A stretch of DNA of 64,000 nt, from contig CAYZSW010000001.1 in assembly GCA_964481135.1 (NCBI GenBank), positions 7,963-71,962 of the forward strand, written 5' to 3'. Shown one piece after another: positions 49,327-59,366 of this stretch. This DNA is from an uncultured Candidatus Saccharibacteria bacterium. GTDB taxonomy: Bacteria > Patescibacteriota > UBA1384 > JAMDBS01 > DAOVQR01. The notes below the pieces were generated by a model. That model worked only from the letters and a program-made list of their open reading frames with translations, made no database searches and was not told the origin of the DNA. Each line of letters starts with the position of its first letter. Position 1 is the first letter of the stretch. The translations under genes were made by a program, and so were the position numbers.

Positions 49327-51251
49327 TATGGTGAATAATTCACCGACACATCGTAAACAACCGGTGTTTTGCTATTCTCAAGTGTTGTTAAATATATTTT
49401 ATATTTTATATATCTTCCTAAAGAATGTGAAAGAGGAATTGCTTCTCCATCTGGATTGGTAAATCGCGTTGCTTCTGTTCCGTCTGGTCCTACAAAATTC
49501 CATGTTGCATTATCAGTATTAGTAGCAATTTGGAATTCTACATTTGTTACTCCGGGATCGATCAATTCTGTCCAAAAAATCCGATTAAATGAAACTTCAT
49601 CACCTGCATCAAAAGTACTTGATATATATTGCCCAGACGGAAAGTAACCAGTTTCTGCGATAGCTGAAAGTCGAAACATTGTATCTTGATTATTAAATAC
49701 ATTCCAATTTGTACCGGCATTATTGCTTTCTGTATATCTTGCATCTAAACCCAGATAATTAATATCATTGTCTGGGCTTCGGTCTAAATTTTCTGCGTGT
49801 TCTATGTGATATGATCGATTATGTGCAGTTCCAGGTGATTTTAGATAAAATCTATATTGCCTTCCTTCTATAAAAGCAATTTTTGGGTCAAGTGAAATTT
49901 CATGTAGTTGATAATCCATAGTAATATCTGTTCTTGTAACAAAAATTTCGTTAAATAAAATAGTATTGGTTGTCATATCTTCAATAACTAAATATAAATC
50001 ATCTTGAGGCTGAGCACCAACACTTTTTTTAACATAAATTGCCATTCTATTAAAAAACTCTGTACCCTCTTTGTAAGTAAAAATTTCTCCTTTATAAAAA
50101 TTTCCGTAAACATCTTTGTCTCGTGCTTCATGATATGGATTTCCTTCGGCTTCTGGGTTGCTATCAGTAAATAATAAAATATAAACAGGCGTATTATTAA
50201 CATCTGACCAGTTTGCGCCACCATTACTAGTCCAGCGGATCATAAGATTTAAATCATCTGCACTAGTTAAAGGCACAACCAAGTTTAAAGGATTTAAAGT
50301 TCTAAATATAATTGATCTTCCGGCATTTATTTGACCTGAATTATGCTCTATTACTAGGTGATAAATATTACCAGCTGTAATAGAAACATTTTCATTTAAA
50401 TTAAGTTCATGCCAGCCAGTGTTATTAGTTTGAAAATCTTTATAACCCTCATTATTACCTCCCAACCAATTACCACTTGGACTACCGTTATTATCTGATT
50501 GCAGTCCATATCTATATGTAGGAGTTTGATTTTGATGAGTAGAAGAAATGTAAATTCTAAGCGCTCTTACCTCTTTTGTATTTTGAGCAGTAAAACGAAA
50601 AGAAACTTTTTTACTTGAATTATCTAATGCATCTGTTTGGCTAGTACCAAAAACAGAGAATCTGTTACCAACTTGCTTGCCTTCACCTTGTCCATAAGCA
50701 AGCTTAATTTCACCACCTTGATCGTTTGTAACTTCTGTATCATTTACAGTCCCATCTATAAAATCATTATAAGTTGTTTCAATCCAATTAGCATTGTTTT
50801 GATAACGAGTCAGATATATTTCCTTAGATATAGATAAATTACGGGGTTTTTGCCAAGAAACAGAAATAATAAATTTTTTTGTCGATGGGTCCTCAATTCC
50901 ACTTTCTGATATTTCTCCGCTAACCGCATTACGGTAAACTGATTCGATAGAGATGCTTCTAGTAAAATTATCATCGATATTTTCTACACCATCTGCTAAA
51001 TTCCACACTCCGTTATTATTTATAATACGAGCGGGATATGTATGATAAACTAAGTCATTCCACGACCGCTCGTGTATTGAATAAAGAGCATTAACTGCTT
51101 CTTGAACATATTCTTCTGCTTGAGTTTGTTTTAATGAATTAAACTGAGCTTGTGAAATATCTACAAAAAGACCAATAACTGAACTAATTATTACACTAGC
51201 AATAGCAGTAGCAATAATAAGCTCAATTAGAATTTGACCTTTATTTGACAC
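49326..51251 (-). CDS. large (~640 aa) pilin-like protein, candidate tip or PilY1/PilV-like adhesin subunit
   Basis: The ORF-track N-terminal extension translates a CA-rich leader. A GTG ~51251 gives MSNKG / QILIELIIATAIASVII, a classic short prepilin leader, followed by 600 aa of beta-rich sequence. Confidence 0.5.
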   Translation of the reverse strand: MSNKGQILIELIIATAIASVIISSVIGLFVDISQAQFNSLKQTQAEEYVQEAVNALYSIHERSWNDLVYHTYPARIINNNGVWNLADGVENIDDNFTRSISIESVYRNAVSGEISESGIEDPSTKKFIISVSWQKPRNLSISKEIYLTRYQNNANWIETTYNDFIDGTVNDTEVTNDQGGEIKLAYGQGEGKQVGNRFSVFGTSQTDALDNSSKKVSFRFTAQNTKEVRALRIYISSTHQNQTPTYRYGLQSDNNGSPSGNWLGGNNEGYKDFQTNNTGWHELNLNENVSITAGNIYHLVIEHNSGQINAGRSIIFRTLNPLNLVVPLTSADDLNLMIRWTSNGGANWSDVNNTPVYILLFTDSNPEAEGNPYHEARDKDVYGNFYKGEIFTYKEGTEFFNRMAIYVKKSVGAQPQDDLYLVIEDMTTNTILFNEIFVTRTDITMDYQLHEISLDPKIAFIEGRQYRFYLKSPGTAHNRSYHIEHAENLDRSPDNDINYLGLDARYTESNNAGTNWNVFNNQDTMFRLSAIAETGYFPSGQYISSTFDAGDEVSFNRIFWTELIDPGVTNVEFQIATNTDNATWNFVGPDGTEATRFTNPDGEAIPLSHSLGRYIKYKIYLTTLENSKTPVVYDVSVNYSP

Positions 51252-51333
51252 AGAATTACACAAATTGGAACACAAATTACCACACCTATTAAGTTGATGT
51301 GTATTTCTGTGTTCTGTTTTGTGTTTTTCTGTG

Positions 51334-51858
51334 TTAATTAACATCAATTACTCCCAACTTATTAATTGTAAAATTTCTAGTTTCGCCGGAGCTTAACTCA
51401 GATAATGAAAAATTTTTATTTTGCTCATCGTAATTCCTTACATTACCAAAAACTTTCTCAAAGACAATTGTCGAATTATCTGGTAAATTTGAATCTAATG
51501 ATAAATTGTCTGGTAAATTTACATTGATATTATAATTATCACTCGGGTTATAAATAATTCCCCGATATAAAACAATTTTATTTTCAACTGAATCAAAATA
51601 TATGCTAAAATTTTCGCCCGACTCAGCTGTATCGCAATTTTGGGTACACATTCTACTCATTGCCTGATTCTGTGCCTGATATATAGTAGATAATATTTGA
51701 GTCGAAAAAGAATCCAAACTGTTGGTTCGTTGAAAATTTAAATAAGAAACCCACGATCCAGCTAAAATAATACCAAAAATTCCTATCGTCACTAATAGTT
51801 CAATTAAAGTAAAACCTTTTTTAACTTGTAGCTGGTAGCTTTTTAGCTTATTAGACAA
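51334..51858 (-). CDS. pilin-like protein (prepilin-type N-terminal domain)
   Basis: TTG start after GGAGGGGC. KKG / FTLIELLVTIGIFGIILA. Confidence 0.65.
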   Translation of the reverse strand: MSNKLKSYQLQVKKGFTLIELLVTIGIFGIILAGSWVSYLNFQRTNSLDSFSTQILSTIYQAQNQAMSRMCTQNCDTAESGENFSIYFDSVENKIVLYRGIIYNPSDNYNINVNLPDNLSLDSNLPDNSTIVFEKVFGNVRNYDEQNKNFSLSELSSGETRNFTINKLGVIDVN

Positions 51859-51948
51859 TGCCCCTCCGTTTACTAGCTTATTAGTTTGTAGCCTTTTAAC
51901 TTATTAGAGAAAAATATCTAAGAAGCTAATTAGCTAATTCCTAAGAAG

Positions 51949-52407
51949 CTATTTTAAATGCTCTTTAATCTTTTCTACAACTTGATTTGGTGTAAGGTTT
52001 GCTTTTACTAAATAATCATTTGCGCCAAGTTTTTTTGCTCTATCAATATCAGTTTGCTGGCCAAGATTAGAAAATACTACTACTGGTTTTTTGGCGTTCG
52101 GCCAACTACTGGCACGAAGTTTTTCTAATATTTCAAATCCATCTACTTTTGGAAGCATCAGGTCTAAAAGTATAATACTATAATCATTTTTCTCTAATTT
52201 TTCTAAAGCTTGTTGTCCATCAAGAGCATTATCAACTTCAAAACCTTCCATTGAACATTTTGTTGAATACATTTTTACTAGTAATTCATCGTCTTCTATA
52301 ATTAATAATTTACCACCATTTTTTTCCAATTGTGCTGATTGATTAGCTGTATTGTCTGCTGGCTGTGGTTGACCCTGAGGTTGAACTGGTATTTGTTGAT
52401 TTTGCAT
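51949..52407 (-). CDS. single-domain response regulator (CheY-like receiver only) with a Q/P-rich N-terminal tail
   Basis: REC-domain motifs (LLIIEDD, DLMLP, receiver lysine region). Start chosen at MQNQQ after GAAAGGAG. Confidence 0.7.
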   Translation of the reverse strand: MQNQQIPVQPQGQPQPADNTANQSAQLEKNGGKLLIIEDDELLVKMYSTKCSMEGFEVDNALDGQQALEKLEKNDYSIILLDLMLPKVDGFEILEKLRASSWPNAKKPVVVFSNLGQQTDIDRAKKLGANDYLVKANLTPNQVVEKIKEHLK

Positions 52408-52456
52408 AATTATACTCCTTTCTTTCACACAGAACTACACAAATAGGAATACAAAT

Positions 52457-52882
52457 TTACACTTTAGTTAAAAACGGTTTTCTATCATTGGTGTAAATGA
52501 TTCTTTTGACATATAGTTTTAGTGTAGAAAAATTTACTAAATAACCTATTTCATATTTACTATTTCTTAAATAATGATAAAGTTGTATTTCGTCTTGTTT
52601 AGTAGTGAATCTTGACGATTTCAATTCTATAATAATTTTATTATCGATAATTACATCTGGTTTATAACTTCCTACTTTTTTACCAGTCTGATTAGAATAA
52701 ATACTAATTAATTTTTCTTTTTCAATTTTTATTTGTTTATTTGTTAAATATTCAATCAATAAATTCTGATAAATTGATTCTTTGTGACCAGGTCCGTATT
52801 CCTTTCTTATTTCGAAAAAACATCCTTGAACAATATAGCTTAATTCCTTGTAAAGGAACAGCTTCTTATCTGGTGCGTTCAT
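52457..52882 (-). CDS. GxxExxY family protein
   Basis: [29 protein letters not shown]. Start MNAPDKK follows AGGAACACAA. Flanked by ~20-bp imperfect inverted repeats at 52425-52465 and 52870-52920. Confidence 0.7.
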   Translation of the reverse strand: MNAPDKKLFLYKELSYIVQGCFFEIRKEYGPGHKESIYQNLLIEYLTNKQIKIEKEKLISIYSNQTGKKVGSYKPDVIIDNKIIIELKSSRFTTKQDEIQLYHYLRNSKYEIGYLVNFSTLKLYVKRIIYTNDRKPFLTKV

Positions 52883-53023
52883 TTGTGTTCCTGTTTGTGT
52901 TGTTTTGTGTTGTAACCAACGGTAATGTAAAGCTAAAATTGGAGCCATGCCCTTCGCGACTCTCTACCCATATTTTACCACCACATCCTTCAACTATCAA
53001 TCGGGAAATGTAAAGGCCTAAAC

Positions 53024-55201
53024 CTAATCCTGACCCTGACCTTCGATAACTTTTTTAGTTCCACCAGATACTTGATAATACTTAGTAAATAATGCCTCTT
53101 GTTTTTCTTCGGAAATACCTTGTCCAGAATCAGAAATAGAAAACTGGGCGAATTTATCTTTTAATTGTATATCAAATTTAACCCAACCACTTTTAGTATA
53201 TTTTATAGCGTTATCTATTAGATTAGTAAGAACTTGCTGAATTTTATCAGAATCAGTATAAACAAAAAGTTGCTCAGGAATTTCCTCAAGCTTAAATTCA
53301 AGACCTTTTTTCTCGGCTATTGGAGATATCTGTTTAATTAAAGTTTTTACAATGGGAATAATATCTATATTTTTTGGCTGAATAGTAATTTTCCCTTTTT
53401 CTATACGAGATGAAGTTAAAAAATCATTAACCATGCGAATTAATCTTTCGGAAGCAGATTGAGTTTCTTTAAGTGGTTCGCGTAAAGTTTCTGGAATTTG
53501 CCCAAAGTCACCATTTAAAATCATATCATTATATCCCTTAATGGCTGTCATTGGAGTTCTTAGATCGTGTGCGGCAATATTTAAAAATTCATCTTTCATT
53601 TTTGCAAGTTCTCTTTCTTTTGAAACATCATGAAACACTACCACGCAACCTATAATTTTATTGTTATTATCTCGTAGAGGAGAAGCACTATCTGCAACTG
53701 GAATTTTTTTATTATATTTTGTAAGTAGGTAAGTATGATTTGTCATATAGGTAATCGTGCCACTAGTCATAGCGTCTCGGACAAATTTATCATTTATTGA
53801 ATTGTCTTTTTCTAAATAAAATTTAAGTATATCTTTGTATACTTTGCCAACTGCTTCTTCTTTAGTATATCCAGAAATTTTTTCTGCAATAGAGTTAAAC
53901 ATAATTATCTTTTCATCTAGTCCAATTACAAATACAGCATCTCCAATAGAAGAAAGTATTGCTTGAATTTTATTTCGTTCGTGTTCAGTTTTTAGTTTTT
54001 CCTCATTTACATCTTCTAAAATATTTAAAATTGCCTTTTGTTGATTTTGCATTTTTTGATCGTTTAGTTTAATCTCTTTTGTTTGCTCTTCTACTTTTTT
54101 ATCAATTTCGGCACGAGATACTTTAATAGCACTAGTTAAATTATCAATTTCTCTTGATAGGTCTCCGATTTCATCTTTAGAATTATTACCAACCTTGTAA
54201 TCCAAATCTCCTTTTTGAATAATTTTTATGCCTTTATGCAAATTTTCAATTGGTTTAGAAAGAATGCGAGCAACAAATAGAGCTACCGCAAAAGAAAATA
54301 ATAAATAAACTAAACTAATAACTATCAAAATATTTATTTCATGATTAATTGGCGCAAAAACTTCCTTTTGATCAATCTTAACAACTAGTCCCCAGCCGGT
54401 GTGGTCAATATAACGAGACGCAGAAAAAACTTTTTCGTTACGATAATCAGCTAAATCTGTAAAGTAATCTTCGTTATTTAAAAGTGCCTGAACAAGTGGT
54501 ATGTGTGTATCTAATTTAGTTACTTTTACACCGGGTGGATAAGGATGTCTGGTTTCTAAAAAATACTCAACATCATTGTTTTCATCTAACCTAGCAATTA
54601 TTGTTTCTCCTGTTTCACCCAACCCAGAGTAATCATTCATAATATTAATTATTTCTTCTGGACTTGTTTGAACAATAGACACACCTAACACATTTTCATC
54701 TTTTTGTATTGGGCCGGCAAGATAAAACCAATTTTCTTTATTTTCTTCGTCTTTTACAAATGTAATATAATTTTTTTCCTTGCCAAATTCAAAATATTCT
54801 TCGCTAGAAAAATTTTTGTTTTCTTGATCTTTTTCACTTGAAGCAATAACTTTACCATCTTTATCTGTTATCCAAAGAGCGTTATAATCTGTACTTGATT
54901 TTTTAGCATCTTCTAATCGTCGCGAGAGGTCATCTTTGTCTATTGAATCAGGATTGTTATAATAATCCTGCATTAAATCAATAACCCCCACTCTTGAAGT
55001 AAAAATTTTAATTCGTTCTAAATTAATATTAATAAGATTTTCAACTCTTGATTCTTGTAAATCTGCTATTACATTTAATTTTTCCTCGGTATTATCTAAA
55101 GCATTTTTTCGCATCTCAAAATAACCATAAAAAATGGATATCAAAAAAGAGAAAAATGCTATACAAACTATGCTAATAATAATTCTTGTTCTGATTTTCA
55201 T
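53024..55201 (-). CDS. sensor histidine kinase (TM, extracytoplasmic domain, HAMP, PAS, HisKA, HATPase_c); 3' end frameshifted in an A6 run
   Basis: [14 protein letters not shown]-box and [10 protein letters not shown]1 box. The ORF stops at GQGQD, but the G2 box [41 protein letters not shown] continues in another frame down to ~52876. Confidence 0.75.
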   Translation of the reverse strand: MKIRTRIIISIVCIAFFSFLISIFYGYFEMRKNALDNTEEKLNVIADLQESRVENLININLERIKIFTSRVGVIDLMQDYYNNPDSIDKDDLSRRLEDAKKSSTDYNALWITDKDGKVIASSEKDQENKNFSSEEYFEFGKEKNYITFVKDEENKENWFYLAGPIQKDENVLGVSIVQTSPEEIINIMNDYSGLGETGETIIARLDENNDVEYFLETRHPYPPGVKVTKLDTHIPLVQALLNNEDYFTDLADYRNEKVFSASRYIDHTGWGLVVKIDQKEVFAPINHEINILIVISLVYLLFSFAVALFVARILSKPIENLHKGIKIIQKGDLDYKVGNNSKDEIGDLSREIDNLTSAIKVSRAEIDKKVEEQTKEIKLNDQKMQNQQKAILNILEDVNEEKLKTEHERNKIQAILSSIGDAVFVIGLDEKIIMFNSIAEKISGYTKEEAVGKVYKDILKFYLEKDNSINDKFVRDAMTSGTITYMTNHTYLLTKYNKKIPVADSASPLRDNNNKIIGCVVVFHDVSKERELAKMKDEFLNIAAHDLRTPMTAIKGYNDMILNGDFGQIPETLREPLKETQSASERLIRMVNDFLTSSRIEKGKITIQPKNIDIIPIVKTLIKQISPIAEKKGLEFKLEEIPEQLFVYTDSDKIQQVLTNLIDNAIKYTKSGWVKFDIQLKDKFAQFSISDSGQGISEEKQEALFTKYYQVSGGTKKVIEGQGQD

Positions 55202-55252
55202 AATAATTATATTGGTAACGCGTAATGGGTAATAAGTAACGCGTAATTAATA

Positions 55253-55789
55253 TTATCTAATATTTTTTCTTGCCGCATACATTCTTTCAGCTAAACCACC
55301 ATTTTGTAAAAAATCTTTTTCTAAACTCTGAAGCTGGCGATCTAATAGATAGTTAGCTTGGTGAATTAAACAAATTATTGAATTTGCTGCAGATTCTGGA
55401 TCTGACATATAGGTCATATAAGTCTCATAAGACCTATTCGACCTATAAGATAATTTTCTAATTTCCTGAATTCGTGAATCTTCTTTGTTCCAAAGTTTTA
55501 ATTTTTTCTGACGCAAAAAATCCAAATAATCTTCTAAAAGTTCTTCTAAACTTGCCCTAGCCACACCAATAAGTTTTATTTCAGATTTTTTTGATGTACC
55601 TGAAACTTGACTTCCTTCAACAATATTTTGCTTTCCACTTCTTGCGGCTTGGACCATTTGATCACGCGTCCTAGAAAATTTACTAACATATTTATTACAA
55701 AATTGGTCTGTCAAATCGTAAACTATAACCGAATTTTGATAGGATTTTAACTTTTTGTATCCTCCATGAATAGATATAAAATTTGACAT
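55253..55789 (-). CDS. four-helix-bundle protein (TIGR02436 / 23S rRNA intervening-sequence protein family)
   Basis: KSYQNSVIVYDL...GKQNIVEGS pattern; 178 aa. Confidence 0.65.
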   Translation of the reverse strand: MSNFISIHGGYKKLKSYQNSVIVYDLTDQFCNKYVSKFSRTRDQMVQAARSGKQNIVEGSQVSGTSKKSEIKLIGVARASLEELLEDYLDFLRQKKLKLWNKEDSRIQEIRKLSYRSNRSYETYMTYMSDPESAANSIICLIHQANYLLDRQLQSLEKDFLQNGGLAERMYAARKNIR

Positions 55790-55887
55790 TTAATTTTTCC
55801 TTAAATTTTATTTATTCTACTATCTTACCTACTTGCCTACAGGTCTTACTATTTATCTACCATCCTACTGGCCTACTTTCTACTAGC

Positions 55888-56208
55888 CTACTTGTCTAAT
55901 TTCTCCACTAACTTCATAATTTCTTCTTGGTGTTTTTTTACTACTTCCTGATTTCTAAATTTTTTGGCAAACTGGGCTAATTCTCTTAGGGAATTTATGA
56001 TTGATTCTTTGGTTGGATTTTCAAAATCCCCTCCGGAATCAACGAATGCTTTTTTAACAATTTCTACACAGTATTCTTTTTCCATAGATTCCTGATTAGA
56101 AACTCCTGCATCGCTACAATGTGCCTGGCTAAAACATTCGCTTATTGCATCGCGCACCATAAGTGGTGTAATTTTTTCATTTAAATCAACTCCGTAAATT
56201 TTTGTCAT
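55888..56208 (-). CDS. hypothetical protein
   Basis: 106-aa acidic ORF. Leader has (A)GTAGG repeats. Confidence 0.4.
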   Translation of the reverse strand: MTKIYGVDLNEKITPLMVRDAISECFSQAHCSDAGVSNQESMEKEYCVEIVKKAFVDSGGDFENPTKESIINSLRELAQFAKKFRNQEVVKKHQEEIMKLVEKLDK

Positions 56209-56259
56209 AATTTTCCTTTCTAATGGCCTACTAGCCTATCTTTCTACTAATCCAAAGGC

Positions 56260-56472
56260 CTAGCGTTTATCTAAATTAATTATTCTTAAAATTTCCTCGC
56301 AAATTTTCATATGTTCAATTTCTTCGTCACGGATTTTTTCCACAACTTCTCTTTTTTGAGGATCTTTTAAAGTAAGCAAATAATTAGAATACAAATCCTT
56401 TGCTTGTTTTTCTATAAAATACAAATCATAAAACATTTCCCTTAATGTATCGTGACTATTTTCCTTGTTCAT
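56260..56472 (-). CDS. hypothetical small protein
   Basis: 70 aa. DEEIEHM is faintly ferritin-like. Overlaps the upstream gene by 17 nt. Confidence 0.3.
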   Translation of the reverse strand: MNKENSHDTLREMFYDLYFIEKQAKDLYSNYLLTLKDPQKREVVEKIRDEEIEHMKICEEILRIINLDKR

Positions 56473-57631
56473 ATTTTATAAGCTCCTTAAATTTATTTTC
56501 ATGATCTATACTCTCCTCGACTAAGTGATTTAATCTGTTAATTATTTGCTGTTTTTTTTCATTATCTAAATCAGAATGCTCTACTTTTAGTAAATAATAT
56601 GATTTTAATTTTTGAATTACACTTTCTTCGACATCTATTGCTATTTGAAATTTTTCTTCCCAGGTTTCTGAATCTTCTGTTTTATATTCTTTATTTTTTC
56701 TTAATTTGCTAATTTGTTCTTTCAGTTCAATCATTCTGATTTCTCTGCCGACTAACACTTCATTAATTTTTTCTAATTCCTTAGTTCTTTGGGCAACTTT
56801 TCCTTCAATATTTGTTTTTTCTTCTTTAAGCTTGTTAGTCATTTGATTGATATTTTCACTAAGTAATCCTATTTCATCTCGTGATTTAATTTCTAATTTT
56901 TTATCTAAATCTCCATCAATAATCTTTTGTGAAATATCCTGAATCTGTCTAACTGGGTTTAAAATTGATCTAATAAAGATAAAATAAATTATTATTAGAA
57001 AAATAATAAAAATTATTATAAAAACAATATACAAATAAATTTGATAGTTGATTGATTTTTTTAAATTTTCATTTGATTGACTTAATTTTTTGGTGGATAA
57101 ATCTATAGCTTCATCGTATGCCGTATTGCGTTTAGTTAAATATTGATCTAGACCAGATTTATAAATTTCTTTTTGTTTCCAATACTCACTGCTTTCCAAT
57201 ATTTTTTGCGCCTCATCTTTATTGCCTTCATCAACTAATTTTATTGCCTCTTCTTCCATTGCAACAAGTGCAAGATTGGCTTCATCTACATTGGAAAATG
57301 CTTGTTTATCTTCATCGTCTCCTTTTTCTATAGCTTGATTTATTCTTAGCTCGAGTTTAGGCACAAATTCTTCATATCTAGTTTTCCACTTTTTATCTCC
57401 TGTAAAAGCATAATTTCTAGCCGATTGGGTTAATACTTCATCGTCATAGCGAATAAGCTCAGCTATACCATCAAGATATGAAGTTTCATTTAAATCATTA
57501 ACTAATTCGGTAAAATCAGTTTCTAAATAATTAATATTTTTACTTTCTTCAGAAATAATAAAATACCCGACTGAAATTGTCAGCATCATTAACGCAATCA
57601 AGATTAATAATATTTTTGTTCTGATTTTCAC
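56456..57631 (-). CDS. HAMP-domain membrane protein (MCP-like sensor module with no output domain)
   Basis: TM, 170-aa periplasmic domain, TM, HAMP (DEIGLLSENINQMTNKLK), coiled coil ending LVGREIRMIELKEQISKL. N-terminus MKIRTKI is paralogous to the kinase MKIRTRI. Confidence 0.6.
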   Translation of the reverse strand: MKIRTKILLILIALMMLTISVGYFIISEESKNINYLETDFTELVNDLNETSYLDGIAELIRYDDEVLTQSARNYAFTGDKKWKTRYEEFVPKLELRINQAIEKGDDEDKQAFSNVDEANLALVAMEEEAIKLVDEGNKDEAQKILESSEYWKQKEIYKSGLDQYLTKRNTAYDEAIDLSTKKLSQSNENLKKSINYQIYLYIVFIIIFIIFLIIIYFIFIRSILNPVRQIQDISQKIIDGDLDKKLEIKSRDEIGLLSENINQMTNKLKEEKTNIEGKVAQRTKELEKINEVLVGREIRMIELKEQISKLRKNKEYKTEDSETWEEKFQIAIDVEESVIQKLKSYYLLKVEHSDLDNEKKQQIINRLNHLVEESIDHENKFKELIKYEQGK

Positions 57632-57694
57632 ATTTGCTCCGCAAAACTTATAACTAATATTTCATAACTCATAACCATATCTAATAACTTAAAA

Positions 57695-58084
57695 CTATTT
57701 TTTGCCTTTTAAAGTCAATAAACTAGAAGCAAGCATTTTGGTTATTTGTTGACATTCGTCTAATAACGGTTCTGCCTCTTTTTTCTGAATTAATTTTGAA
57801 TCTTTCAATAAACTTAGCCAATACAATGTTTCATTGGCAGATTTTAAAGAAATATCATAATATTTAATAAATTCTTTTTTTGAACTAGATGATTTTGCTT
57901 CTACAATATTTGCTCCAATAGATGTTGATGATCTTAAAAGTTGATCTGAAACTATCCAATACATTTTTTTATTAGGCAAGCTATTTATAAACTTGATAAT
58001 GGATAATGAAAAATTATACGCTCTAATTTTTACATTAGAAGATTTAACATTTGAGTTATGATTATGAGTTATGAGTTTTAACAT
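57695..58084 (-). CDS. four-helix-bundle protein (TIGR02436 family)
   Basis: YNFSLSIIKFINSL...RSSTSIGANIVEAKS. Its ATG lies 3 nt after the PAS gene stop. ATAACTCAT-type inverted repeats occur at both ends. Confidence 0.65.
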   Translation of the reverse strand: MLKLITHNHNSNVKSSNVKIRAYNFSLSIIKFINSLPNKKMYWIVSDQLLRSSTSIGANIVEAKSSSSKKEFIKYYDISLKSANETLYWLSLLKDSKLIQKKEAEPLLDECQQITKMLASSLLTLKGKK

Positions 58085-58089
58085 ATGAA

Positions 58090-59337
58090 TTATTTTCCTT
58101 TCAACCTTTCAATCTCTTTTTTAAGCTCTATCATTTTAAGTTCGCGACCCACCATAAGATTATTCATTTTTTCTGTAAATTGCGTTTGTTTTTTTAATTT
58201 TTCTTGCGCTTCCATTTCTTTTGAAATATCAAAAATAAATCCTTCTAGGTGTTTAATATTTCCCTTATTATCTTTTATTGCAAGTCCCTTTTCATGAACC
58301 CAAATATTTTTTTCATCTTTACTTATGATACGATAATCAATTTCCCAGTATCTATTTTCTTTTACTGCCTTGGAAATTCCTTCTGATACTAGACTTCTAT
58401 CTTGTTTGTAAATTACACTTTCATAAGTTCTAATTTTATTTTCTACAAAATCACTTGCCTTATATCCACACAACTGCTCAATATAATTACTTACAAACAT
58501 CATGGTCCAATTTTTATCAAACTTACATTTGTAAATAATTCCCGGGATATTATTAACTAAATTTGAAAATTCTTTTTGAAACTGCTCAAGCTTAATTTTA
58601 TTTAGCTTATTTTCATTAATATCTCTATCTATTCCTCTATATCCGGTGGATCCATCTTGTTTTTTTACTGGTAGACCATAACTTAAAATCCAAAATATTT
58701 TTCCATTTTTATCTAAAAGACGATTTTCTAAATTGATTGTCTTTTTACCTTCTTTAATAAAAGCTAAGCCAATTTTTTTAATTTCTTCTTTGTCTGGAGA
58801 CAAATCATAAAAATGTTTTTTGCCAATGACCTCTTCTGGCTTATATCCCAAAACTTGTTCTATAGAAGGACTTACATATGTATACAAACCATTTTCATCA
58901 ACTTCCCAAATAAAAGATTTGCTTTCACTAACTAAACTTTCGTATGCCTTATTTAATTCAAGAATTTTTTGTTCGTTTTTAATTCTATTGGTAATATCGT
59001 GAGCTAAACTTAAAATTGCTTTTTTGCCATGAAAGTCAATAACTTGGGAATTAATTTCTACTGGAATTTCCCTGCCATTACTTGTAACATGAGCCGAACG
59101 AAATACTAACTTTCCTTTGGATTTTAACTCCTGGATTCTTTGGGGCACCATTTTAGCATATTTAGGTGAATCAATTTTCTGTGGGCCAATTTCTAATAAC
59201 TGTTCTTTGGTGTATCCTAACCGACTGCAAGCTTCTTTATTGACATCTAAAAAATTACCCTCTAAGTCGTGGATAAATACAGCTTCATTTAAATTTTCGA
59301 ATATTATTTGATATTTATCATCCATTTTTGCTTTCAT
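58090..59337 (-). CDS. multi-PAS sensor protein lacking a kinase domain
   Basis: Three PAS/PAC-like repeats, then a coiled coil ending MVGRELKMIELKKEIERLKGK. Confidence 0.6.
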   Translation of the reverse strand: MKAKMDDKYQIIFENLNEAVFIHDLEGNFLDVNKEACSRLGYTKEQLLEIGPQKIDSPKYAKMVPQRIQELKSKGKLVFRSAHVTSNGREIPVEINSQVIDFHGKKAILSLAHDITNRIKNEQKILELNKAYESLVSESKSFIWEVDENGLYTYVSPSIEQVLGYKPEEVIGKKHFYDLSPDKEEIKKIGLAFIKEGKKTINLENRLLDKNGKIFWILSYGLPVKKQDGSTGYRGIDRDINENKLNKIKLEQFQKEFSNLVNNIPGIIYKCKFDKNWTMMFVSNYIEQLCGYKASDFVENKIRTYESVIYKQDRSLVSEGISKAVKENRYWEIDYRIISKDEKNIWVHEKGLAIKDNKGNIKHLEGFIFDISKEMEAQEKLKKQTQFTEKMNNLMVGRELKMIELKKEIERLKGK

Positions 59338-59366
59338 TTTTGAAAAAAATTTTAATTTTCTTAATG

